A DNA stretch of 43,298 bases from Burkholderiales bacterium (lineage in GTDB: Bacteria; Pseudomonadota; Gammaproteobacteria; Burkholderiales; SG8-39). Numbering within the stretch: position 1 is the stretch's first letter; every line of letters starts with the position of its first letter. A model generated the notes under the pieces. The model searched no databases. It saw only the letters and a program-made list of their open reading frames with translations, and was not told the DNA's origin. The position numbers and the translations under genes are program-made. This document shows, in pieces, positions 1 through 9,440 of this stretch. The stretch is from NCBI GenBank assembly GCA_020846575.1, contig JADLDQ010000167.1, forward strand, positions 1 through 43,298. Reading direction: 5' to 3'.

Positions 1-1278
1 AGGGCGATGTCCGCATGGAGCGTGGGTTGGTTGGCCTTGACCGTGAGGTGGTAGTGCGCGCGGCGTTGTTCGACCAGGTAGTGCGCGAGCTTGCGCTGGG
101 TGAGCAGGGCATCGGCACTGATGTCCTTGCCTTCGATGGCGATGGCCTCCAGCAGCGGGATGGCCATGCCGATCTCGTTGGTTTGCTTGACGGTGTCGGT
201 ATTGCCCTCTACGGGCAGGGTACCCACTTTTTTTGGGTGTAGCAGGCGCGGGATTGATGACCGACGACACTCATGATGTGGGTTTGCTCACCGTTGTCGT
301 CGATGGCGTTGCACATGGTCTTGCCGTCGATGGCCAGGCTCTGGTCGTGCTGGCCGTAGGTATCGTTCCAGCGCTGCAGTGCCCGGTCCAGGGCCTGCGG
401 ATCGACGCGAATGAGTGCGTTGCGGATGACGTATTCGCTGGGCACCAGACGCCGGCCCTTGTCCAGGCGGCAGCCGAAGCGCTCGCGCGCCGCGGGGCTG
501 AGGTCTTGCGCCCAGGCGGTTATGGCCTTGTAGCCGCGCAGGCCGCACAGAACGGCGGCGGCGGCCAGCGACAGGATCGTGACCAGGCGGTGGCGGCGCC
601 CTTGGGTCCGGCGCGGATCTTCGATGTCGGCAAAAAAGGTAGGCAGGCTTCGCATCTGCTGGGCACTGAGCATCATCTTGGGGGCTCCTATACGGTAGGC
701 GGGGTCTAGCAGGGGGGCACTGAGCACTTCGCGGGCATCGGCCTGCAGGGGGCGCACGAACACCTTCTTGGGCCTCGGGTGCTCCGCGCTGTAGCCCTCG
801 CGGGTGCTCCGGAACCCGCGGCTGTCGCCCACGTAGTTCCAGTTAGCGGCCAGATAGACGGTGCCGCGGAAGCGCTGCGGGTCCACGAAGGTCTCCACCA
901 GCAGCAGCGGATGGCCGAAGCGGCGCATCCAGTCCGAGCCCAGTCGTCGCAGACACAGCGACAGGGTGCGCGAGCCCAAGTTGGGCCGGTGCCAGTCCGG
1001 AAGGATCAGCAGACGCGAGTTGTTGGCGATGAGCTTGAGGCGGTCAAACTGATGCCGCTGGCCCCAGCCAATCCAGCGGTCGCGCGCCGTACACTTCCAG
1101 GCCGCGGCCGAGAAACTCAGCAGCGCCACCCACTGCTCGGCCCAAGTGGCTACGTACCAGAGGTTTCACTGATCTTGGGCAACGCCCCCAAGTAGTGATG
1201 GGCCTGCATCAACTGCACGAAATGCCCCTCCTCGGCGTCCTCGACCGGACGAACTACGATCTCCTTGAGCATCGACAT
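1..1278 (-). pseudogene. DUF4338 (DruA-like) domain fused to an ISAs1-family DDE transposase. It is disrupted by two 1-nt frameshifts, and its 3' end runs off the window.
   Basis: Minus-strand reading starts at ATG 1278 with 'MSMLKEIVVRPVEDAEEGHFVQLMQAHHYLGALPKI'. The frame breaks near 1162 and continues into ORF 209..1129. That ORF carries 'WVALLSFSAAAWKCTARDRWIGW...LLVETFVDPQRFRGTVYLAANW' (DUF4338 signature) and 'FFADIEDPRRTQGRRHRLVTILSLAAAAVLCG' (ISAs1 N-terminal associated domain). It stops at 209. The -1 frame then continues 'VEGNTDTVKQTNEIGMAIPLLEAIAIEGKDISADALLTQRKLAHYLVEQRRAHYHLTVKANQPTLHADIA' (ISAs1 DDE core) to position 1. Confidence 0.8.
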
Positions 1279-1350
1279 GGCGCTCGCAAGGACCTTGACG
1301 AGCACCCTCATAACCGCTTCGCGGCGGGTTGTCCGGTATTCGAGCCAAAC
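1..1350 (-). mobile_element. Partial, decayed ISAs1-family insertion sequence. The right boundary is approximate and the terminal inverted repeat was not identified.
   Basis: Contains the frameshifted transposase described above. The other IS end lies outside the window, so the inverted repeats cannot be paired. Confidence 0.45.
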
Positions 1351-1470
1351 CCCTCAGCCCCCAAGGAATCCTGAGATGGACAATTTCATCCTGCCGGGCG
1401 CACGGGCGTCTATTGACGCGACGGCCGCGCTCGCGTGATCATGCCGGCGGATAACCGCAGGAGTTGAGCG

Positions 1471-2151
1471 ATGGCGACCGAGAATCCAGGCGGCTACCTG
1501 CCCGGCGACCCGCGCTACGGCCTGGCGGGCGACGAACTGCGCGGCTACTACCGCAAGAAGCCGGCGCAATGGGTGATCTTCGCGTGGGACGCGGCGGGCC
1601 GGGCGGGGGCGCGCGCGGCCGCTATCGCCGCCCAGAAGGACTATGCGAAAGCGCTCGGCGAGCGCCTGGTCGGCTACGGGCACATCGTGACCGACGACGC
1701 GGGTGCAACGCTTGCGACGACCTGGTTCGTCCAGCTCGAGGACCGGGCCGCGGCGGAGGCTTTCGTGGCGGGCGACCCCCTGAGCCGGGCGGGCGTGTAC
1801 GAGAGGACGGACATCCGCCGCTGGTCGAACAGTTTCCTCAAGCGCGCGGCCGATTACCGGCGCAAGGGGCTCCAGCAATACCTGTGCACCGGGTCCAAGA
1901 TCCCCGATGCGGCGCCGTTCTTCGCGCAGCATCTGCACGCGCACGAGAGCTACTTCAAGGCGTACGAGGACAGCTTCATATTCCGCGGACCGCTGCGCTC
2001 GCCGGACGGCGCGGACAACGTCGGGACGGCGCTCCTTCTCGAACTGCCCGACCGTGCGGCGGCCGAGAAATTCTGGATGAACGAGCCGTTTGCCGCGCAC
2101 GGCGGTTACCAGGACGACGCGCGCATCTATCGCTGGGTGTTCGGCGACTGA
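1471..2151 (+). CDS. Protein with two tandem YciI-like domains
   Basis: 226-aa ORF with an AGGAG RBS about 8 nt upstream. Two repeated modules end in '...LEDRAAAEAFVAGDPLSRAGVYERTDIRRW' and '...LPDRAAAEKFWMNEPFAAHGGYQDDARIYRW', the typical YciI C-terminal pattern. Confidence 0.7.
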   Translation: MATENPGGYLPGDPRYGLAGDELRGYYRKKPAQWVIFAWDAAGRAGARAAAIAAQKDYAKALGERLVGYGHIVTDDAGATLATTWFVQLEDRAAAEAFVAGDPLSRAGVYERTDIRRWSNSFLKRAADYRRKGLQQYLCTGSKIPDAAPFFAQHLHAHESYFKAYEDSFIFRGPLRSPDGADNVGTALLLELPDRAAAEKFWMNEPFAAHGGYQDDARIYRWVFGD

Positions 2152-2183
2152 ACGCGGTCTGCGAATGCCTGCCACGCAGGACG

Positions 2184-2204
2184 CGGAGTTCAAAGAGAAC
2201 TCCG
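2184..2204 (+). terminator. Stem-loop downstream of the YciI gene (8-bp stem CGGAGTTC/GAACTCCG, loop AAAGA) with no U-tract
   Basis: Inverted repeat read directly from the sequence 33 nt after the stop codon. Confidence 0.25.
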
Positions 2205-2587
2205 ACCCCGCCGGCCCCTTGCCGCCAAGAAGGGGAGCACCCTGCCTGCCTTCTGTGGCGTCCCGCCGGCGGCGTTTTGGAATCCGGACGGCGGCGTCGC
2301 GCAGAACGTGACCGGCACGATCGAGACGGCGCTTCGACCGCCCGCCGTGGGGGCAGGCGGCGCAACCGCGTTCCTCACGCCGCGCACGCAGGCGCCGGTA
2401 GCGGTCGTTCCCGGTCTGAGCACGCCGCACGCGAAGCGGGGATGCCGCGCCGGGCGCCCGAGGAGGGTCCGATCGACCGGGCCGATTCGAACTTCCGGCC
2501 TCCGCGACAACGGCGGTGATCAGGCCGTCGTGACCGGCGCCGGCGCTGCCGGCACGCCGGGCCGCCGCCGCGCCAGCGCCACGGTTC

Positions 2588-3562
2588 CTATTGACGCTCG
2601 ATGTGCCGGCTCGCCACGATCTGCTTCCAGCGGGTGATTTCGGAGGTGATCTGCGCGCGCATCTCCGCCGGGGAGACGGGGGCTGCCACGCCGCCCAGGG
2701 TCGCGAAGCGCTTCTGCACCTCGGGTTCGGCCAGCATGCGCCGCATATCCCTGTTGAGCCGCTCGACGATCGCAGCCGGGGTCGCCGCCGGCGCGGCCAG
2801 ACCGAGCCACGACTGGAACACGAATTGGGGGACGGTTCGCGCCGCGGCGGGAACATCGGGAAGGAAACTGACCGGCTGGGGCGAGGTCACGGCGAGCGCG
2901 CGCAACTTGCCCGTCTTGACGTGGGGCAGCGAGGCCGTGATGGTCTCGAACATGATATCCACCCGGCCCGCAATGAGTTCGGCGCTCGGCGCGGTGCCCC
3001 CCTTGAACGGGATGTGCAGCATCTCGATCCCGGTCTCGGCGCCGAACCATTCGGCGAGCATGTGCTGGCTCGCGCCCACGCCCACGCTCGCGTAGGTGAT
3101 CTTGCCGGGCGCGGCCTTGGCGCGGGCGATCAGGTCGGCGAGCGATTTGAGCGGGGACTGCGCTCCGGTCACGACCAGAAACGGATATCTCGTCAGGGTG
3201 CTGATCCAGGCGAACCCGGCGATCGGGTCGAACGGCAGTTCCTTCATGATCGCCGCCTGGGTCGAGTGCCCCGCGGTCGCCAGCAGAAGCGCGTAGCCGT
3301 CGGGCGCAGCCTTGGCGATGAAATCCGAGGCGATCAGGCCGCCGGCCCCCGGCTTGTTTTCCACCACCACGGGCTGCCCGAGCAGCGGCGAGAGGTGCTG
3401 TGCAGCCACACGCGCGACGATGTCGGAACTTCCTCCCGGCGCGAAGCCGACGACGATCCGCACGGGCCGCTCCGGATAGGACTGGGCTGCGCTCCCGGTG
3501 GCGCCCAGCAGGACGGTGATCGCTGCGGCACGCGCCAGCGCGTGCATGGAAGATCTCATCAT
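2588..3562 (-). CDS. Bug-family (TctC-like) tripartite tricarboxylate transporter substrate-binding protein
   Basis: 324 aa with a signal peptide followed by 'YPERPVRIVVGFAPGGSSDIVARV...GQPVVVENKPGAGG...APDGY', the hallmark Bug N-terminus. AGGAG RBS. Confidence 0.9.
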   Translation of the reverse strand: MMRSSMHALARAAAITVLLGATGSAAQSYPERPVRIVVGFAPGGSSDIVARVAAQHLSPLLGQPVVVENKPGAGGLIASDFIAKAAPDGYALLLATAGHSTQAAIMKELPFDPIAGFAWISTLTRYPFLVVTGAQSPLKSLADLIARAKAAPGKITYASVGVGASQHMLAEWFGAETGIEMLHIPFKGGTAPSAELIAGRVDIMFETITASLPHVKTGKLRALAVTSPQPVSFLPDVPAAARTVPQFVFQSWLGLAAPAATPAAIVERLNRDMRRMLAEPEVQKRFATLGGVAAPVSPAEMRAQITSEITRWKQIVASRHIERQ

Positions 3563-3975
3563 GGTCCTTTACTCCTGTGGTTGTCGGCGGCGTGACCCCG
3601 ATGCGCGCAACCGCCGGGCAGTCCAGCGGTGCAGCGCGCATCCGCGCAGGCGCCTTGAAATCCTCGGAACGCTGTGACGCTCCTCGGCTCGCAGGGCGGT
3701 CGGCCCCTGGCGATGCCCGGTTCCCGCGCGTTCGCCGCGTTGGTTCCGGACGCGCCGGCGGCGCCCTCCCGGGCGAACCGCGGAAGCGCACGGGAACAGC
3801 CAGTCCGTGATCCTGCAGTGGCGCGAAAACTCCGGGCAGGGCGTATTGTAGACGAGCCGCTGCGCAAAGACTTTCCACGGGTGGGTATCTGCGCTTACCA
3901 CGTCGCGCAGGTGTTCCTCGAACTCCATGGAACGAGCGCCGGCGGCGAGCTGACACTGCCTGCCGGCGGCATCCC

Positions 3976-4791
3976 TCAGGCCGCGGCGCGCACCCGGCCC
4001 ACGAAGCGCACCGCCGCCTCCAGCACGGCCCGCGGCTGGTCGCGGTGCGGCGCGTGGCGGCAGTCGGCGAGCCGCAGCACCTGTGCGTCCGGAGCGAGCC
4101 GCGCGATGCGCTCGAGCTGGGCCATGGTGCCGTACTCGTCGTCTTCCCCCTGGATCGCCAGCACCGGACAGGCGATGCGCGGCAGGTACTCCTCGATGTT
4201 CCATTCGCGGAACGCCGGGTCGAGCCAGATATCGCACCAGCCGCGAAACGCCGCATCCGGGTCCGCGTGGTGGCGCGCCAGGCGCGCGCGCAGCTCGGCG
4301 GTCTCGTAGGCGCGCTTCGCCCTGCGGATGCTCTGGATGCAGACGTCTTCCACGAACACGTGCGGCGCCATCGCGATCACGCCCGCGACGCGGCGGCCGG
4401 CGCCGCCCGCGTGGATGAGCGCGATCGACGCCCCGTCGCTGTGGCCGAAGAGAATCGGCCGCTCGAAGCCGAGCCGCTCGAGCAGCGCCGGGAGAGCCGC
4501 GAGCGCCTCGTCGTGCATGAAGCGCGGCGCGCGCGGCCCGCGGACCGCAGCGGAGGCGCCGTAGCCGGCACGCGAGTACACGAGCGCCTCGCATCCGGCC
4601 GCGTGCGCCACGCGGCCGGGGAAATCCCGCCACGCCGAGAGCGACCCCAGGCCCTCGTGGAGGAAGACGAGCACCGGCGCCCCGGGCGCGCTGCGGATGA
4701 GCCGGTACTCGATCCGACATCCCTGGATCGCCAGGAAGCGCGCCGCGGCCGTAGCGCCGGCTGACCCGGCCGAGGGGGTGAGCGGCCTCAC
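3976..4791 (-). CDS. Alpha/beta-fold hydrolase
   Basis: 271 aa with 'VLVFLHEGLGS' (oxyanion region) and the 'GHSDG' nucleophile elbow. It directly abuts the upstream ABC ATPase gene, whose stop is at 4792. Confidence 0.8.
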   Translation of the reverse strand: MRPLTPSAGSAGATAAARFLAIQGCRIEYRLIRSAPGAPVLVFLHEGLGSLSAWRDFPGRVAHAAGCEALVYSRAGYGASAAVRGPRAPRFMHDEALAALPALLERLGFERPILFGHSDGASIALIHAGGAGRRVAGVIAMAPHVFVEDVCIQSIRRAKRAYETAELRARLARHHADPDAAFRGWCDIWLDPAFREWNIEEYLPRIACPVLAIQGEDDEYGTMAQLERIARLAPDAQVLRLADCRHAPHRDQPRAVLEAAVRFVGRVRAAA

Positions 4792-5514
4792 TCAGACGCC
4801 CAGGTGCCGGCGCAGCACCTCGGGCTGCGCCCGCAGTTGCGCGCTCGCACCCTCGAACACGACCCGGCCCTTCACCAGCAGCACGCAGCGCTCGCTCGCG
4901 GCGGTGACCGCAGCGTGGTTCTTGTCCACGATGATGGTGGCGATGCCGCTTGCGCGGATGGCGCCGACGATGGCCCAGATATCGCGCGAGATGCGGGGCG
5001 CGAGCCCCTCGGTCGCCTCGTCGAGGATCAGCAGTTCGGGGTTGGTCATCAACGCGCGCGCGATGGTGAGCATCTGCTGCTCGCCGCCGGAGAGCTGGGC
5101 GCCCCCGTGCCCGAGCCGCTCGGCGAGCGCCGGAAAGGCTTGCAGCACGCGCGCGAAGTTCCACTCGCCGCGACGCCCGGGGCGCGCCGCCATCACCAGG
5201 TTCTCGCGCACCGAGAGGTTCGGGAAGATGCCGCGGCCCTCGGGCACGTAGGCGATGCCCAGGCGCGCGATGCGGTGCGGCGGGGCGCCGCTCATGTCGC
5301 GGCCGTCCACGCGTACCGTACCGCTGCGTGGCGGCAGCAGGCCCACCAGGGTGCGGATGAGCGTGGTCTTTCCCATGCCGTTGCGGCCGAGCAGTCCCAG
5401 CGTCTCGCCGCGGCCGACCGCGAGGTTCACGCCGTGCAGGATGTGGCTCGCGCCGTAGTACGCGTGCAGCCCCCGGCCCTCGATGATGGGCGCCTCAGGC
5501 GTCGTACTCGCCAA
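4792..5514 (-). CDS. ABC transporter ATP-binding protein, LivF-like (branched-chain amino acid/aromatic acid importer family)
   Basis: 240 aa with Walker A 'GRNGMGKTT', signature 'LSGGEQQML' and Walker B 'LLILDEAT'. Confidence 0.9.
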   Translation of the reverse strand: MASTTPEAPIIEGRGLHAYYGASHILHGVNLAVGRGETLGLLGRNGMGKTTLIRTLVGLLPPRSGTVRVDGRDMSGAPPHRIARLGIAYVPEGRGIFPNLSVRENLVMAARPGRRGEWNFARVLQAFPALAERLGHGGAQLSGGEQQMLTIARALMTNPELLILDEATEGLAPRISRDIWAIVGAIRASGIATIIVDKNHAAVTAASERCVLLVKGRVVFEGASAQLRAQPEVLRRHLGV

Positions 5515-6247
5515 GGTAGGCCTCCTGCACGGCGGGATTGGCCCGCACCCGCGCGGGCTCGCCGCTGTCGAGCACGGCGCCGCTCGCCATCACGGTGAGC
5601 ACGCCGGCGAGCGCGAACACCGCGTCCATGTCGTGCTCGATGAGCAGCACCGCGTGCTCGGCCGCGATGGCGCGCAGCAGCTCGATCATCGAGACCGATT
5701 CCTCGGCGCCCATGCCCGCCAGCGGCTCGTCCAGCAGCAGCACGCGCGGGCGGGTCGCCAGGCACATCGCGATCTCCAGCTGCCGCTGCTCGCCGTGGCT
5801 CAGGTGGCCGGCCGGCACGGCGGCGCGCTGCGCCAGCCCGACCGCCTCGAGCGAGCGCTCGGCCGCCTCGACGATGCCGCGGTAGGAACGGGCGCTGCGC
5901 AGCCAGTTGAACGCGTGCGGCTCGCGCGACTGCGCGGCGAGGCGGCAGTTCTCCAGCGCGCTGAAGTCCCGAACCACGTTGGTCGTCTGGTAGCTGCGGC
6001 CGATGCCCATGCGCGAGCGGCGGTCGGCCGAGAGCTGGGAGATCTCCCGGCCGGCGTAGCGGATGCTGCCCGCGGAAGGCCGCAGCTCGCCGGCGAGCAT
6101 GTTGGCGAGCGTGCTCTTGCCCGCGCCGTTGGGCCCGATCACCGCGTGCACCACGCCGTGGGCGAGTTCGAGCGACACCCCGGCCACCGCGGTGAGGCCG
6201 CCGAACTGCCGGGTGAGGCCCGTGGCGACGAGCACGGGCTCAGTCAT
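5495..6247 (-). CDS. ABC transporter ATP-binding protein, LivG-like
   Basis: The true start is 'MTEPVLVATGLTRQFGGLTAV' at 6247, inside the longer track ORF 5495..6982. Walker A 'GPNGAGKST', signature 'LSHGEQRQL', Walker B 'VLLLDEPL'. Confidence 0.9.
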   Translation of the reverse strand: MTEPVLVATGLTRQFGGLTAVAGVSLELAHGVVHAVIGPNGAGKSTLANMLAGELRPSAGSIRYAGREISQLSADRRSRMGIGRSYQTTNVVRDFSALENCRLAAQSREPHAFNWLRSARSYRGIVEAAERSLEAVGLAQRAAVPAGHLSHGEQRQLEIAMCLATRPRVLLLDEPLAGMGAEESVSMIELLRAIAAEHAVLLIEHDMDAVFALAGVLTVMASGAVLDSGEPARVRANPAVQEAYLGEYDA

Positions 6248-7233
6248 CCGGCCGCCCTTTTCGCCGCACCCCGGCCGAGCCGCTCGACCAGGTCCGAGAG
6301 CCCGCGCGGCAGCAACAGCACCACCAGCACGATGAACACCCCCATGGAGAGCTGCCAGCGCCTGGCGAAGTCGCCGAACAGCGCCTCCAGGGAAAACAGC
6401 TCCTGCACCAGGATGAAGGCGAAGGCGCCGATCACCGCGCCGTACAGGCGGCCCATGCCCCCCAGCAGCAGCATCATCAGCACGATGCCCGAGTAGTGCC
6501 AGGAGAGGATTTCCGGGTTGACGAAGCCGAACTGGCACGCTGAGAGGTAGCCGGCGAGGCCGGCGAGCGTGCCGGCGAGCACGAACGCGCCCAGCTTGTA
6601 ATTGAACACCTGGAAGCCGAGCGAGCGCACACGCACCGGGTTCTCGCGGATCGCCACCAGCACGCGCCCGAACGGCGAGGCGATCACCGCGCGCAGCAGC
6701 AGGTACGCGCCCAGCATCAGCGCGAACACCAGGTAGTAGAAGTGGGTGTGATCGGCCAGGTTGACCGGGTTGAAGTCCCCGAGTGCGAGCGAGGGCCGCA
6801 CGTGGATGTAGATGCCGTCGGAGCCTCCGCCCAGCCCGGTGTCGTGGAACAGGTAGTACAGCATCTGCGCGAAGGCGAGCGTCACCATGATGAAGTAGAT
6901 GCCCGCGGTGCGCAGCACCAGCAGCCCGATCGCCAGCGACAGCGCCGCGGTGGCGGCGAGCGCCCCGGGCAGGGTCAGCCACAGGCTTGCGGCCGCGCCC
7001 TTGGGCGAGGCGAGCGCCAGCATGTAGGCGGCGAAGCCGAAGTAGGCGGACTGACCCAGGCTCACCAGCCCGGTATAGCCCACGATGAGATCCAGGCTCA
7101 TGGCGAAGATCGCCATGATCATGATCTTGGTGAGCAGTTGCAGGTAGAAGGTGGAGCCGGCGAGCGGAAACAGCGCGAGGCAGACCGCGCCGAGCACGAT
7201 CAGCCAGCGGATCAGTCTGTCCGAGTCCTGCAT
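6244..7233 (-). CDS. ABC transporter permease, LivM-like
   Basis: Hydrophobic 329-aa segment 'MQDSDRLIRWLIVLGAVCLALF...' at the C-terminal end of track ORF 6244..8991. ATGA start/stop overlap with the upstream permease gene. Confidence 0.85.
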   Translation of the reverse strand: MQDSDRLIRWLIVLGAVCLALFPLAGSTFYLQLLTKIMIMAIFAMSLDLIVGYTGLVSLGQSAYFGFAAYMLALASPKGAAASLWLTLPGALAATAALSLAIGLLVLRTAGIYFIMVTLAFAQMLYYLFHDTGLGGGSDGIYIHVRPSLALGDFNPVNLADHTHFYYLVFALMLGAYLLLRAVIASPFGRVLVAIRENPVRVRSLGFQVFNYKLGAFVLAGTLAGLAGYLSACQFGFVNPEILSWHYSGIVLMMLLLGGMGRLYGAVIGAFAFILVQELFSLEALFGDFARRWQLSMGVFIVLVVLLLPRGLSDLVERLGRGAAKRAAG

Positions 7234-8090
7234 CAGGTCGCCTGGAACAGTCCGCGCGGCCGCCAGATCAGCACCACGGCCATCAGCAGGTAGACCGCCA
7301 TGCCGGAGAACTGCGGCAGCAGCACCTTGCCCAGGGTATCGGCGATGCCGATCAGGAGCGCGGCGACCATCGCCCCGGTGATCGATCCGATGCCGCCGAT
7401 CACCACGACCACGAAGCAGATGATCAGGATCTGGTTGCCCATGCCCGGGAACACCGAGGACACCGGCGCCGCGATCATCCCCGCGAAGGCGGCCAGCGCC
7501 ACGCCGAGCGCGAACACGAAGGTGAACACCAGGGGGATATCGACCCCCAGGACCTGCGCCATCTCGCGGTTCGAGTTGCCGGCCCGGACCATCATGCCCA
7601 GGCGGGTCTTGCGGATGACCAGGTACATGGCCGCGGCGAGCGCGAGGCACACCCCCGAGATGAACAGGCGGTAGACCGGGTAGCTCAGCGTCTCGGTGAG
7701 GGGTATGGAGAAGTTGAGGGCGGGCGGGATCGGCACGCCGTGCACGTCGTTGCCGAACAGCAGGCTGCGCAGCTCCTCGAAGACGAGGATCAGGCCGAAG
7801 GTGAGCAGCACCTGGTACAGGTGGTCGCGCGCGTAGAGGCGGCGGATGAGCGCCCATTCCAGGAGCGCGCCGAGCGCGACCGCCGCCAGCACCCCGAGCG
7901 GCAGCGCCAGCCACAGGCTTCCGGTGAGCCGGGTGAGCCAGAGGGCGAGGTAGGCGCCCACCATGTAGAAACTGCCGTGGGCGAGGTTGATCACGCCCAT
8001 GATGCCGAAGATGAGCGTCAGCCCGCTGGCGAGCAGGAACAGCAGCAGGCCGTACTGCACCCCGTTCAGGATCTGGATGAGGTAGTCCAT
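7233..8090 (-). CDS. ABC transporter permease, LivH-like
   Basis: 285-aa polytopic membrane protein beginning 'MDYLIQILNGVQYGLLLFLLASGLTLIFG', a typical LivH N-terminus. Confidence 0.9.
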   Translation of the reverse strand: MDYLIQILNGVQYGLLLFLLASGLTLIFGIMGVINLAHGSFYMVGAYLALWLTRLTGSLWLALPLGVLAAVALGALLEWALIRRLYARDHLYQVLLTFGLILVFEELRSLLFGNDVHGVPIPPALNFSIPLTETLSYPVYRLFISGVCLALAAAMYLVIRKTRLGMMVRAGNSNREMAQVLGVDIPLVFTFVFALGVALAAFAGMIAAPVSSVFPGMGNQILIICFVVVVIGGIGSITGAMVAALLIGIADTLGKVLLPQFSGMAVYLLMAVVLIWRPRGLFQAT

Positions 8091-8222
8091 CGGTCCGTTG
8101 CGCGAAGGCCGCCTCGGGCGCTCCCGAGACGGCCTTCAACGGGTGCTCGGCTGCAGGCGCCGCCAGCGCCCCGCCGGCGCGTTGCGCACCCGGGGCGGCG
8201 CCGGCGGCGAGCGCCGCGGCCG

Positions 8223-9410
8223 CTACTTCATGCTGCAGCCGATCGCCGGGTCGGCGAGCGCCTTGTGCGCCACGCCCATCACGCGGTTCTCCTTGCCCAC
8301 GACCTTGCGCAGGTAGAAGTCCTGGATCGGGTTGTGCGCCTTGGAGAGCGTCCAGGCGCCGCGCGGGCTGTCGATGCGCGCGCGCTCCATGGCCGCGATC
8401 AGTTCCTTCTTCCTGGAGACGTCGCCCTTCACCGCGTCCATGCCGGCGGCGAGCAGCAGGCCGGCGTCGTAGCCCTGAACCGCATAGACGTCGGGCTCCA
8501 GGTTCTTGTAGGACTTGCGGTAGGCGGCGCGGAACGCGTTGTTGCGCGGCGTGCTCAAACCGTCGCCGTAGTGCAGCGTGGTCTCCACGTCCTGGGCCGC
8601 CGCGCCCGCCGCATCGAGCACCCCGTCGGTGAGGAAGCCCGAGCCGAACAGCGGGATCTTGCCCTTGAGTCCCGCGGCCGCGTAGTCGGTGAGGAACTTG
8701 GCCGCGCCGCCGCCGGCGAAGAAGGCGACCACCGCCGCCGGCTTGATCGAGGCCGCCTCGGTCAGGAGCGGCTGGAACTCGACTTGCGGGAACGGCAGCA
8801 GCAGCTCCTTCACCAGCTTGCCCCCCGCCTTGGCGAAGCCTTCCTGGAAGCCGGCCAGCATCTCCTTGCCCGCGGCATAGTTCCAGGTGATGAAGACCGC
8901 CGTCTTCAGGCCGCGGTCGGCCAGCACCTTGCCCAGCGGGTAGGTGGTCTGCCAGTTGGAGAACGAGGTGCGGAAGATGTTCGGCGCGCACATCGGCCCG
9001 GTGGCATCCCCGGCGCCCGCGTTGGGGCAGATGAGCAGCGTGCCGCTCTCGCGCGCGATCTTCACCATCCCGAGCAGCACCCCGGAATGGACCGTGCCCA
9101 CCAGCACGTCCACCTTGTCGCGCTGCACCAGGCGGTGGGTGTTCTCGGGCGCCTTGGCCGGCTCGGACTCGTCGTCCACCGTGAAGTACTCGATCTCGCG
9201 GCCGCCGAGCCGCCCCTTGCGCTCGTCCACCGCCAGCTTGAAGCCGTTGGTGATCGCCGTGCCCAGGGCGGCGTAGGTCCCGGTGTAGGGCAGCATCAGG
9301 CCGACCCTGAGTTTGCTCTGCTGCGCCAGGAGCGGCGCCGGGGCGATGCCGCCGAGCGTCACCGCGCCGACGACCTGGAGGAACGCGCGTCGATTCGTAA
9401 TCTGGGACAT
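8223..9410 (-). CDS. ABC transporter periplasmic substrate-binding protein (LivK/Peripla_BP_6-like)
   Basis: 395 aa with a Tat-like leader 'NRRAFLQVVGA', then 'KLRVGLMLPYTGTYAALG...GFKLAV'. Confidence 0.85.
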   Translation of the reverse strand: MSQITNRRAFLQVVGAVTLGGIAPAPLLAQQSKLRVGLMLPYTGTYAALGTAITNGFKLAVDERKGRLGGREIEYFTVDDESEPAKAPENTHRLVQRDKVDVLVGTVHSGVLLGMVKIARESGTLLICPNAGAGDATGPMCAPNIFRTSFSNWQTTYPLGKVLADRGLKTAVFITWNYAAGKEMLAGFQEGFAKAGGKLVKELLLPFPQVEFQPLLTEAASIKPAAVVAFFAGGGAAKFLTDYAAAGLKGKIPLFGSGFLTDGVLDAAGAAAQDVETTLHYGDGLSTPRNNAFRAAYRKSYKNLEPDVYAVQGYDAGLLLAAGMDAVKGDVSRKKELIAAMERARIDSPRGAWTLSKAHNPIQDFYLRKVVGKENRVMGVAHKALADPAIGCSMK

Positions 9411-9440
9411 GGTGCCTTTGCTCCTTGGTTGGACTCGAAA

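Noticed and set aside
209-240. Programmed -1 ribosomal frameshifting as the normal expression mode of the ISAs1 transposase
   Set aside because: The A AAA AAG heptamer is in the correct frame. However, ISAs1 elements are not known to me to use frameshifting. A second, non-slippery frameshift near 1162 already disrupts the gene. Decay or a homopolymer sequencing error is more parsimonious. It is kept only as a note inside the first finding.
2152-2587. The 436-bp convergent gap between the YciI gene and the Bug gene, considered as a possible ncRNA or small-gene locus
   Set aside because: Apart from one 8-bp hairpin (2184-2204) I saw no conserved RNA motif, repeat or convincing ORF. It is left unannotated.
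1354-2856. Very long ORFs in the supplied track that lie antisense or out of frame to recognisable genes. Examples are 1354..2856(-), 2520..4256(-), 3569..5164(-), 7740..11273(+), 11307..13004(-), 12743..14029(-), 18561..20801(-), 20203..21534(-), 21318..22994(-), 26615..28792(-) and 36311..37996(-).
   Set aside because: Their translations are Arg/Ala/Pro/Gly-rich low-complexity strings with no recognisable motifs. They overlap genes with clear family signatures. Stop-poor alternative frames are expected in DNA this GC-rich.
3569-3928. Possible 119-aa gene in the 413-bp gap between the alpha/beta hydrolase and the Bug gene (minus strand, 'MEFEEHLRDVVSADTHPWKVFAQRLVYNTPCPEFSRHCRITDW...')
   Set aside because: Only the first ~45 residues look protein-like. 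The rest is an extremely Arg-rich string that runs through the Bug gene's RBS. At best it is a short gene remnant, and I recognised no family.
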